Assembly: GCA_030167865.1 (NCBI GenBank)
Contig: JALAGF010005392.1
Span: 1 to 64,000, forward strand
Direction of reading: 5' to 3'
Source: Craspedostauros australis
Taxonomy: Eukaryota
Length of the DNA: 64,000 nt
Under the pieces are notes generated by a model. The model was not told the origin of the DNA. It saw only the letters and a program-made list of their open reading frames with translations, and did no database searches. Below, one piece after another: positions 38,293-48,445 of the stretch (position 1 is its first letter; every line of letters begins with the position of its first letter). The translations under genes and the position numbers were made by a program.

Positions 38293-39474
38293 TCATCCAT
38301 CCAAGATAGAAGGTTCACCATCGTCGCTGAGAATATCAATCCGAGCCCTGCAATGCAATGATAATCGATCCCGATCGATCAACGTCCAAACGAATGAGAC
38401 CGGCGAAGATCCAACCTTGTGCGACGAATATGCCAGCCGACCCAGGCAGACGTACGGCGTGTACTTCTTGTGAATCGAATCATACCTGCGGCAGAACAAG
38501 ACAATTCCAGATGACTCTATGCTCTTGCGGCTACTACCATCAGTTTGCTCATCATGATCATTTGTGCCATCCTCATCTTCGTGATCGAATGCCAACCCGT
38601 GAATCTTCGCTTGGTTACGACCCGCCCGAATGAGATCCTGAATGACCGGTGTTGCATCGTGCATGCGGCTGCCACCGAACCACGTGACTTGACGACCGCC
38701 ATTGCGAAATTCGTTTGTCACGTCGGCCTTGGGCGCATTCAGGTTTATCCATAGAAAGTACGCATCGGATGCCCATGGCTGGACGCCACAGTACTTGTTG
38801 AAAGACAGATGCTGAGATTGCAAGCCTCCGTCTCCTTGTTGCTGTGGATCATCCTGTGTGACGATGTCGTCGGCAGCAAGTTGGAAGCAATCATTCACGA
38901 CGACATCTTTCGTGTAATGCCTCATGTGCTTTCCGACCACGCCATCGGCATATTGCCGCAGTGATCCATCATGGCCATTCGTCTTGCCAAACATGAGCTT
39001 GCGAATGTCCAATTGGACGTCCCTCACGGAGAGCGACGATGATCCAGCAGGCCGACTGGGAAGGCGTGGTTTGCGGCCAGCGTTCGGAAGTGCGGATCTT
39101 GTACCATCTGATACTGCTGCTGTTGCCCCTGCGCTTCTGTTCTTGCTTGGAGAACGACGCTGACGCTTCCGGGTTGCTCGCAAGGCCAGCTTGCCACTGG
39201 CGCCGTCGCGTTTGTTGTCGTCGTCGGATGGTAGAGCGAGGCTTTCGTCCGCCTTCTGTCCACGCAACCGTCCTGATCGACGAGACGCCACAGTCTCATT
39301 CAAAAGTTTGGGTCCCTCCACCACATCACGTGATCTCTTCCTCGACTTGCTCACGCGACGGCCCTGGCCATGCGAAACATCATTGCCGAACAAGCCAAGC
39401 TCTTTCAGCTTGGCCTCGTTCCTCGCGATCTTGTCCTTCCTTAGTCTCATGTACGCATTGGGAACGTCTGACAT
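38293..39474 (-). CDS. Protein with N-terminal YxxxRxxxIxRNxxxLxxLGL helix and C-terminal DUF3427-like (SRA/PUA-like) domain
   Basis: 393-aa ORF starting YMRLRKDKIARNEAKLKELGL with a basic NLS-like region. C-terminal pattern FNKYCGV...LWIN...NEF...VTWFGG...IVLFCR...YVCLGRL...PVSFVWTL resembles DUF3427 as recalled. Confidence 0.7.
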   Translation of the reverse strand: MSDVPNAYMRLRKDKIARNEAKLKELGLFGNDVSHGQGRRVSKSRKRSRDVVEGPKLLNETVASRRSGRLRGQKADESLALPSDDDNKRDGASGKLALRATRKRQRRSPSKNRSAGATAAVSDGTRSALPNAGRKPRLPSRPAGSSSLSVRDVQLDIRKLMFGKTNGHDGSLRQYADGVVGKHMRHYTKDVVVNDCFQLAADDIVTQDDPQQQGDGGLQSQHLSFNKYCGVQPWASDAYFLWINLNAPKADVTNEFRNGGRQVTWFGGSRMHDATPVIQDLIRAGRNQAKIHGLAFDHEDEDGTNDHDEQTDGSSRKSIESSGIVLFCRRYDSIHKKYTPYVCLGRLAYSSHKVGSSPVSFVWTLIDRDRLSLHCRARIDILSDDGEPSILDG

Positions 39475-40479
39475 ACTTGACCTTCCAAGTTCGAGAGTGT
39501 GGTAATTGGTTACGCGAGAGTAGACAACTGATGGGCACGATCAGGTGGCAGGCTACCATGCTGGTGTATTCCATCTCTGGAGAGCGAAGGGCAGTGCGCA
39601 GAGATGGTTGTACGGCCCATGTGAACACGTTCCCGAAGCCTCCTCGGCCACAGGACACTGCAGTGTCCTCATTTGTTTGTTTGTGTTTCGTGATGGAATT
39701 TTTGGCGCGAAATCTCCCTCCACACAGCCACGTTCGTTGTCTGAAAGGGAAGCGAAACATCCATCCACACAGACATGCACACATACAAACAACGTGAAGT
39801 ACACAACAGACAGACATCTATGGCAAGCAGACAGACATACACACTGTATTCAACACGGACACCCCATATTGTTACAGACAGACATTCACAGAATGACAAC
39901 TTGAAACTGACAGACATTGTCAGTTCACACTGGCAGTGCAAACAATCTTCAAACAGATATTGACCACAAACCACAAACGGACAGACCAAACTTCATATCA
40001 TATGAGGACACTCTAGACTGTTCAATTGACGAAACAGACAGTCGAGATTTGACAAACAGACATTCCGTATATAATATATTTATATACACATTTACCGCGG
40101 CTTACGATGATTATATCGAACAAATCAAGGTTGGAGCTTAGACCATCTGCGAGATAATTGCGGAACTTTGGAAGTTCGTAGTCGGGGGCCGAGTCTGCGT
40201 CATCACTAACCCCTCTGCGGCCGCATTCAGCCCATGACACATCCATCTCCTTCTCCACCTTGGTTCCCATTCACAAAGCAAGGCATAGAAGAATTGTACG
40301 GCTGCTCTATTAATGTGCTGTACAATCTGTGTTGCTCTGGCTTCTATTGCCTCTGGCATTGCACCCGGTCGCTTGCCCATGTGCTCCTACTCTAGGGCGG
40401 TAGACCATCCTACAACAACTGCTGGTTGCTGGTTGCTGCTGTGTTTCTCACCGACTCGCCGCTGTCAATATCGTAGCCT

Positions 40480-43400
40480 TCAACGCTTTCTTCGCAACGA
40501 AGCGAACGACATGAGCTTTCGCTTTGCCTGTTCCACGATCTCCTCCATTCTGGATGCGGCCAGGTTGTCGATGGTCTGCTTGCGCTGGAACTTGGTCTTG
40601 CGGTTGCGGCGGATGGATTTCAAGATTTCTTCCCGGCTGTATCCCCAATCCAAGAGACGCCGTTCCCGCTGGTCTCTGGTCAGAACCATCTGTTTGGGGG
40701 TCTTGTAGACACGGACTGAGGGCCTATGCTCCCAAATCCATGGCGTCACCTTTCGTCGCTTCTCCATGCCGCTCTGCGAACACGCGCTCGCGTTGCCAAG
40801 CACTTGTTCTTCGTCGTCCTGTTCGGACGCATCCTCCTCCTTGAAGTATCGCATATCGTCTTCCCATCGCTGTATCGGCATGGTGCCTCCGTCTTGATAC
40901 GCCCAGCCAAGACCAACGCTCGCTCCGGCTCTACACGCCGGGTTTTCGTAGAGGACGGTGTCATAGTACCGCACTTGCACATTGTCGAATGATACACGTG
41001 TAGCTTTCGATAGCGGCGCCTGCGCTGCGCGGTGCTGCATCCTGAGTCCGAACTGGCGCGACCGCGAAGACGAGGGCTGCAGGAATAGACCAGCGTCAGA
41101 CATTTGTGTATCAGCAGTGGTGTTAGTGGTGCGCGTGGTCGCGGATGTCTTCATCATGTCCATCTGGTTGGCGACAGTTGGCGGGAAGATGCCCGAATCA
41201 TCGGTGCGGTGGCGCAGGTTGACTACCGTGGGTGCCGAAGACATTGAGACAAATCCCGTCTCCAGAGTCATCGGCGTCAGGACCAGCTCGGAGCCATCGG
41301 TGGAGACGTTGGTAGGCGGCGTTGGCGTCATGACTGTCGCGCTATCATTCTTCGCCTGCATCTCAGCGGTGATGCCATCGATCTTGGCACCCTCCCTGAC
41401 AGTGTCCTTGCGCTGCATGGCAGAGCGAATGTTCGTGGGAGTGAAGTTGTCCTGAGATGAGAATTTAGGAATGATGGAAGTGAAGTTGATGTTTCCATCA
41501 GGAGCATCGGCTTCATCATCACTTTTGGTTTGATCATCGTAGCAAAAGTAATAGTCTTCCTCGTCCAGGATATCGTCGTCATCGTCATCGTCATCGCGTA
41601 TCTGGTGGTCTTGTTCGGCGCTGCCGTTGCGAAAGTCCTCGATAGCCATCGACTCCAGGGGGCTCGTGAAGGCCGATATGGAGCCGATGGATCGATCATC
41701 CTCAGCTTCTTGGATGTCGACGAAGTCAGGGATGCCGTCGATGTTATTGAGGCGATCCACCAGATGCGATGTGGAGCTCAGACGCTTGAGGAGGTCGCGG
41801 TGGGTGAGGTTAGCAAAGGAAGATGGTCGTTCATGAAAGCTATCAATCATGGGCATTTCGAATATCTCGTTGCTGGTCTTGCCAGCTGCGACGTCACGGC
41901 CGCCGCGGTCGCCACGGTGGTGGAAGGATGGATCCATCAGGATGTTGCGCATGGCCTCCTTTGGAAATTGATCGCGCAGATCCTCTGGTATATGCTGCGC
42001 GATCATCTCGAACACGTATTGGTCATCCACTACTGCTGGTGTCTCCACTCCATCCAAAGACTGGATGTCGTCGTCGCCCTCCTCGTTTCGTGTGCCTCGA
42101 TTATTCCGACCATGGCCGTTACCATCGTTGTCGGTGTTGGTATTGGTATTGGCGTTGAGGTTGAGGTCGGCATCGATACTGACGCTGGTGGCAGGCGCAT
42201 TGCTTTTACTTCGGTTCTTTCCGTTGGTTCGATTGTTTCCGTTGTTGCAGTTGTCAGGATTGCTCCCCAAAGACAACAGTTCGTCGCCTTCGAGGGAAAT
42301 GGCGGCGAAGGATTGGTAGTCAAAGCTGGAGAAGCTGCGCGACACGCCCTCTTGCCTGAATAGTTGCCTTCGGTCCTTCGGGGATTCCATCGGGTCGACT
42401 GGAAGATCGAGAATTCCACATCCGTGCGTGCTGCTGCGATCCTCGTTCAGCAACGCAGTGCGCCCCGCACGGGTCGACTCCCTATCCTGGCCGTCAATGC
42501 CAATTCTTCTGCCCCGGCGCTTGGACTTCGAGGGAGATCTGAGCGGGCTGTGCAGTGACGCCTTGCCGCCTCCCAGCCTGGTCCTTTGATGCGCGGATCT
42601 GCTTGTGGACTTGTTGTTGTCCCTGCTTTTGCCTTTGGTGCTTGGCTGGTGAAGGCTCCTGGTTACGTCGCGGGTGGACCTGGATCTTCCTCTATCTCTC
42701 TGCGTTCTCATGCCATTGTGGATGATCTTGCTGTCGTGGATGTTCTTGCCATTGTGCATGGACTTCCTACTCGTAGTGTGCATGCTCTTAGTGAGCCTCG
42801 AAGCTCTGGTCTTGGTCTTGTGGCTCGATCGGTTGGTCGCCAGTTTCCGCTTGGATCCGTTTGCACCATCATCATCGCTGACATGGTTGGCAACTTCCGT
42901 GTGGTACACATCCGACGGACCCTCTCCGGAAATATGTGAGTAGTAAAGGTCGGCCAGCGCTTCGCTGCTGAGCTGACGTCCAGGTGGCTTCCGCTGCCTC
43001 TGCTCATGCCGTTGTCTGTGGGGGGATCTCTGGCTCAGGGAAGCAGGCGAGATGAGGTCGCCGTCCAGCGCATCCTTGCAGCGTCTTCGAAGGTGTCTGG
43101 AGTTTGACTTCATGGGCGATCTCTTGGGCGATCTCTTGGGAGATTTCATCGGCGATCCCTTGGGCGATCGGGTTGGGCTGGAGGATCCGTGAGTGGGTGT
43201 TCCTCTGGATGCGTTTTGCCGCCGCAGGATCACCAAGTGACTCCCACTGTGTTCTATTGGCGCAACATCGGCGAGCTCCACTTCTTTGTCACTTTCGGAG
43301 GTCTCGCTGCTGAACGTCTTGCTGTGGCCATGATAGGCGGGGTCGCTGAGATATACTTTATCGTGGTGCTTGCTCATATCATCAACGTCGCCGGTCGAGG

Positions 43401-43770
43401 TCGGAGGCTTCTCAACGTGCTCCTCCTCCTCCTGCTGTTGCTTTTGCTTCTGCTGCTTCTTGAGGGAGATCTTCTGCTTGTTCTTCTCTGATGCCTGGAC
43501 GAGGTCGTTGATCATGGTCCGCATGAGCTGCTTCTCTTCAGGCGTTTGTGGATGCGATTGCGATGCGAGGTTCGGCGCAAGCGATTGGATGATGGCGCTG
43601 CCGATGCTGTGATTGCTCGTGCTGATCCCGCTGCTGATGATGCTAGAGACGCTACCGTTGGAGCCAAAGCCGCGTTTCGGGGTGGTTTCTTCCGTGATGT
43701 CCTGATGGAAGTCCTGATGGAAGTCTTGCGTGTTGTTGAGAGTGCAGGTGTAGCTGCCTTCGCTGCTTTC

Positions 43771-43801
<31 letters not shown>

Positions 43802-44022
43802 TGGCGATGATGACCGTTTCTGGTGTTACCGCTGTTGCGACTGTTGATGGCCTGGTTGATCGCAATGGACACTAGTGGTTGGTCGGTCCCAAGTGAGTTG
43901 ATGGCTATTGCTGCGGCTGGAGCTATCACTGCTGGTGCTGTCATCGAAGTCGTCATGTTGTGAGCTTTTGTATGCTTCTGAACCATGCTGATTTCTGACA
44001 CAGCCATCATACTTGTACTCAT
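40480..44022 (-). CDS. Disordered protein with C-terminal RVxF-led conserved domain (paralogue D), 1180 aa
   Basis: Intronless ORF. C-terminus is TRVSFDNVQVRYY...ENPA...GASVGLGW...RDQRERRLLDWGY...KFQRKQTIDNL...MEE. Confidence 0.87.
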
Positions 44023-45796
44023 GCTGTATTATACTAGAGTACTCGTGATGGCGCCGGTGCTGGTGGCAGAGCAATGAGATGGCGATGGTCACGGTTATGG
44101 CACGCAAAGTCTTCGAAGGGGGCTGGCACCTTCTGGCTGATCATCGGCGCTAACAAACCGGCTGGTGGAGGTCGCCTCGTTTCTCACCCGCTCGGGAATG
44201 GATGCTTCTGTCGGCACTCCGACACATGATGGTATGCGTTCGTATGGTACCTGCGTACGACTACGCACGTGTATGACATCCTGCCATGCAAGTGATAGCC
44301 GGGAGTTTGGTGAGTCTCGTACACGAGAACTTCTCTCCGTATCTCTGGTCGTTGATGAGAGTCGTTGACACCAGGCCCACCGCGGAGGGCAGCGACACGA
44401 AACGCCCAGCGAGGTGGACGATTGGTTCTCGCAGAACAGCAGATGGTGCTGTTCTCCTTGCTTGCAAGTCCCGCGTTTGCGCGCAGCATCAACATTTCGC
44501 TGGAGCGAGCGACTCTTTTCCCTCCTTCTGTGGTGACGCTTCTCTGCTTCTATCTCTTGATTGGAGTGCGTGGCAAAGGAACCTTTTGGCCTGTTCGGTT
44601 CCTCTTCAGTGCGGAAGATCTATCGGTCCCTTTGGTTCTCGCAGGCGATGATCGAATCCCTGGCCGAAGTGGAAGGAGAGGCCCTCATACGAGCTACGCG
44701 TATGGGTGCTATCTATGAACAGTGAGGTGGCCAACTGCATGCTCGTACGCGATCGCAGACGCAAGCATGGATGGCTCGTCTCATGTGTCATTCCCTCCCT
44801 CGCGGAGCGGAGAGATGCAAACAGCGATGTCTCTGACTCCATGATCGGGCCGGGCCCTGAGCCGTCCTTGCGTATCCTTCCTGTGATAATTATGGCTTCT
44901 GGAGGCACTTGTCACCCCATGCGAGTACGCGTCTCCGCAGGCGCTCTGGCATGTGGAGCATTCGGTGAAATTGTGATCGTTGGGTCTTTCTCGTCAATCA
45001 CTTCTGGCGAGAAGTTTGTTCGGCGCAATGTGTATTGAAGTGATGCCCACCGGGACGCGCCATCGACTTGGTGGACCTTATGTCGCGGTGAATAAACGTC
45101 ACTTTCTGGACACTAAGACCTCGATTCTTGTTTGTGAATCGCGGAGGAAATATCTCTGGCTGCACCATCTCCTTGCAATTCGCACCCAAGACCAAACTTG
45201 TCCAACAACAGTATCAGGAAAAGCCAAGATCACCCCCACCGTAACCGCAACAGTACCATCGTGGCGTCGGTTAGCAATATGGACAGCAGCTAACTACGAC
45301 TATGGTTCTCCCTGACCAGTCCAGCGCCTGATTCTTTTGGGGACACGAATACGCATCATCAAACCAGAAGCAGCCCACAGTCGCTCGAGTTGGCATCATG
45401 CTGTACGAGCCACATCCACCGTACTACTACTCGTACGAGCTACGGTCTACATGTGCGGGCCACTTCTCGCGCGCTCTTCCTCTCCGACTGATTGTGCCCC
45501 TCAATGGTGCCTTACTTGTCGCTCTTCATTGCGTGTCTTTCCCGAACGTGAATATGAATGCGTACGAGTAGTCGTAGTCGTATGGCAGAGTATCGACGAC
45601 TGTGCTGATGAGTAATCGTACGGGTACAAGTGTTGCTTCTCCCTCGATTGTGCTGCCATAGTTAGATGCCATACTTGTACCGTCCAATGCCATATATGTG
45701 CTGGTGCCCTTCAATACATAAGAAGAGGCAGGGGGCCTTGGGCATTTGCATCTTGGTGCTGTAGGTAGATGCCACGCCAACCGCTGATCATCACGT

Positions 45797-47869
45797 TCAG
45801 TCGATGCCGAGGTCGAATGTGGATGATGAGAAGCCCCTCGTCAAATCATCTCCCACATGACATCTTTCGGAGCTGCTGCCGCGACGGTCAGCCTCGTTGC
45901 GCAGGCCTTGGCGGGGATCGACTTGGATCGCTAGGTGCAGCACGGATGCTTGAGTTGTCGGGGACTTCGAATCAGACTTGGGGGCATCATCAGCATGCCG
46001 CCAAGAAGAACAACTGGTGGGCGCGGTTGCGCTACGGATCTGCTGGCGATGGCCGGATTGGAAGGGACCCTCATTACGAGTATATCGTTCCATGATGCCC
46101 AGCGGCACACGATATCGCCGCAGTGTCAATTCCTCCGTCACGACGATCAGCTTGGGATTTGCGTGGTGCTTCAATTGCTCATGAACCTCCTGAAAACATC
46201 TGCGATTGATTGGTCCGAACATGTGGATGGTTGGTGCGTGCTTGTTCAACATTGCTCCGCTTTGGGATCCGGCGCGGCGTCCATCGCTGGTGTTTTTTAC
46301 GTCTCTCGTGGATGGCGACACCGACGGCGACGCTGGTGCCGAGTCCATTGATGATCTCTCCTCCGGTGGCTTCAACAACGATAGTGCTGCCTCGATCAGC
46401 ACCGGCACGTCCTGCGGTCGGTACGCGCAATCACATGCCAATACCGTATCGTATCGGTGCTTGTGCTTCATCGTTCTCGTCGTTGTACTCGTACGTTCAC
46501 CTTCCCCCACACTCTGTGAACCACCAACCATCTCATCGCCACTGTTGCTGCTCTTGCTGCTCTTGCTTTTACTTTTGCCGTCCCCATCTGCCGCGACCGC
46601 TTCGCCACCGCCAGGATCGACACCCTCAACCAAGTCGAACCAGTCCAAGCCCTCAACAACCACGTCGCTGCTATGATTGCGTTGAAGGTTTTCTTCGCAC
46701 TGTGATAGCACACAATCATTGTAATCTGTCAGAGTGATGGAAGTCCCTTGGCCATGATTACCATCTCCACACCCGCTCTTCTGATATTCGCTTTGTCGCA
46801 GGAGACCATGGACGAACAGACCACCAAATCCAACCCCGCTGCCAAGCTCGATGATGCGATGATCGGGGTCTGCGCCACGAAGTAGATCTGGCCTTGATGC
46901 AAAATACAATGCCATCGCAAGAGAAGCTTCCCAGGTCATGCAACCGGTCGAACCGCCCGACGACGCATCGTCTTTGGCCATGGCGGAAACGGACGCCTCC
47001 TGCAAGTCCAACGAGAAGACGGGTTGCAGGTCTTGGTTGGACGGAAACGGACGCATGTGGCATGCCTGCACGTCATCCATGGACTGGTTGTACAGCTGGT
47101 ACTGCTTTCGTGAATGTTCCAAAGCGTAAGTCTCTTGTAAGCAGAAGCGTGGCTGGCTAGCTGCCGGGAACGTCGTCGGAGGCGTCGAATGCAACAATGA
47201 TGGTGTTTGCAGCGACCCAATGCCGGTCCAAGGCAACTCATCGGCAGTGCTCGACAATTCGTACATGGTCATCGCTTTTCCATCACGAGATATGTGATAG
47301 GAGTCGCCTTCCAACAACAGTACTGGTTCGACGGGCCGCTCTGATTGCTGCTTCGGCGGTCGTCTTGCGTCAACTATACCAGCAGTAGCAGCGGCAGCAA
47401 CAGCAGGTGATGACTGCATCGAGCATCCAGAAGCTGGTATTGTGCTTGTTGAAGAGCAACGAGGCGTCATGCGCCGGTGGCGTCCAACCGGAAGTGGAAG
47501 GAAGGCTTTGTTGAGGACCTTGCGGGACAATGCTGATGGTGCAACATGCAAATGATGCCAACAGCGGGTGCAGTCTTGTGTTCTTTGTGCCATCGTGTTT
47601 GGTCGCAGGAACTTGTCTGTTGTTGAATGCTGAGGAGCAGCGTGAGGATGGAACTCGTGGCGCATTCCTGCGCCTGCTGTGCCTGTTGTGCCTTCTGTTG
47701 TTGCCAATGATCGCGTCATCCGCGTGCTCTGGGAAACCATCGATGGGAGCGAACGAGGCAGTTGTGCTGATGAAAATGACACCATGGCCGAAGTCCACCA
47801 CCACATTTCACACGCAACCAGACGAGAGCTGTCTGAGGCGACGCCTTTGATGGGTGAGAGGGTCTTCAT
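45797..47869 (-). CDS. Seven-beta-strand protein lysine methyltransferase (Methyltransf_16 / METTL21-EEF2KMT-like)
   Basis: Motifs STGCMTWEASLAMA, motif I IIELGSGVGFGGL, post-I LTDYN, LDW and YDTVLACDCAY (DxxY). The start is uncertain: the frame is open to 48169 and has several downstream ATGs. Confidence 0.8.
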   Translation of the reverse strand: MKTLSPIKGVASDSSRLVACEMWWWTSAMVSFSSAQLPRSLPSMVSQSTRMTRSLATTEGTTGTAGAGMRHEFHPHAAPQHSTTDKFLRPNTMAQRTQDCTRCWHHLHVAPSALSRKVLNKAFLPLPVGRHRRMTPRCSSTSTIPASGCSMQSSPAVAAAATAGIVDARRPPKQQSERPVEPVLLLEGDSYHISRDGKAMTMYELSSTADELPWTGIGSLQTPSLLHSTPPTTFPAASQPRFCLQETYALEHSRKQYQLYNQSMDDVQACHMRPFPSNQDLQPVFSLDLQEASVSAMAKDDASSGGSTGCMTWEASLAMALYFASRPDLLRGADPDHRIIELGSGVGFGGLFVHGLLRQSEYQKSGCGDGNHGQGTSITLTDYNDCVLSQCEENLQRNHSSDVVVEGLDWFDLVEGVDPGGGEAVAADGDGKSKSKSSKSSNSGDEMVGGSQSVGEGERTSTTTRTMKHKHRYDTVLACDCAYRPQDVPVLIEAALSLLKPPEERSSMDSAPASPSVSPSTRDVKNTSDGRRAGSQSGAMLNKHAPTIHMFGPINRRCFQEVHEQLKHHANPKLIVVTEELTLRRYRVPLGIMERYTRNEGPFQSGHRQQIRSATAPTSCSSWRHADDAPKSDSKSPTTQASVLHLAIQVDPRQGLRNEADRRGSSSERCHVGDDLTRGFSSSTFDLGID

Positions 47870-48445
47870 GGTTGACACTCGAGAGGCTCCGTGCGTGACG
47901 AGGCAGAGAGGTAGGAAATACTGACGGCTGGTGTCGCCAACAAAAGAGGGCGAGAGGGAGAGACACAGCTGCGGAGGGCAGTTGGGTGACAACATAACCA
48001 TCAAAGTGGTGATGCGACATCTGGATTCGATGGATCGTGTTTTGGATTGAACAACACGAACACTGTTCGGGATCTCCAGATCCCGAAACTTCAACCACGC
48101 ACATCGGTACCCTTCGCAACGGACTGTCTCCATCAGCCCCAACCACACCCAGCATGCCACTGGCCACAATCGCCTCTACGAATGAGGAATCATGTGCATA
48201 CTCGGATCGACTTCATTCATTCATTTCAAATACGACGCACTACTCCGCTCGACATGATAATAATACATGGCTGCTAAAGTATGGTATAATAGTATGCTCT
48301 CCGAGCAAACCTCATTCTGCCGAAAGGTCTTGCCGCTGTCCCCCTGTCAAACTATCCACCCCAATTGATACATCGCTTGGCACTGCACAACGACTCTGCA
48401 TCGGCATTGCGTTGCGCCGTGTGCAACCCTTTGGCCACAGATGTC

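Noticed and set aside
44100..45700. Short ORFs upstream of paralogue D
   Set aside because: No family motifs or consistent strand bias, so treated as intergenic.
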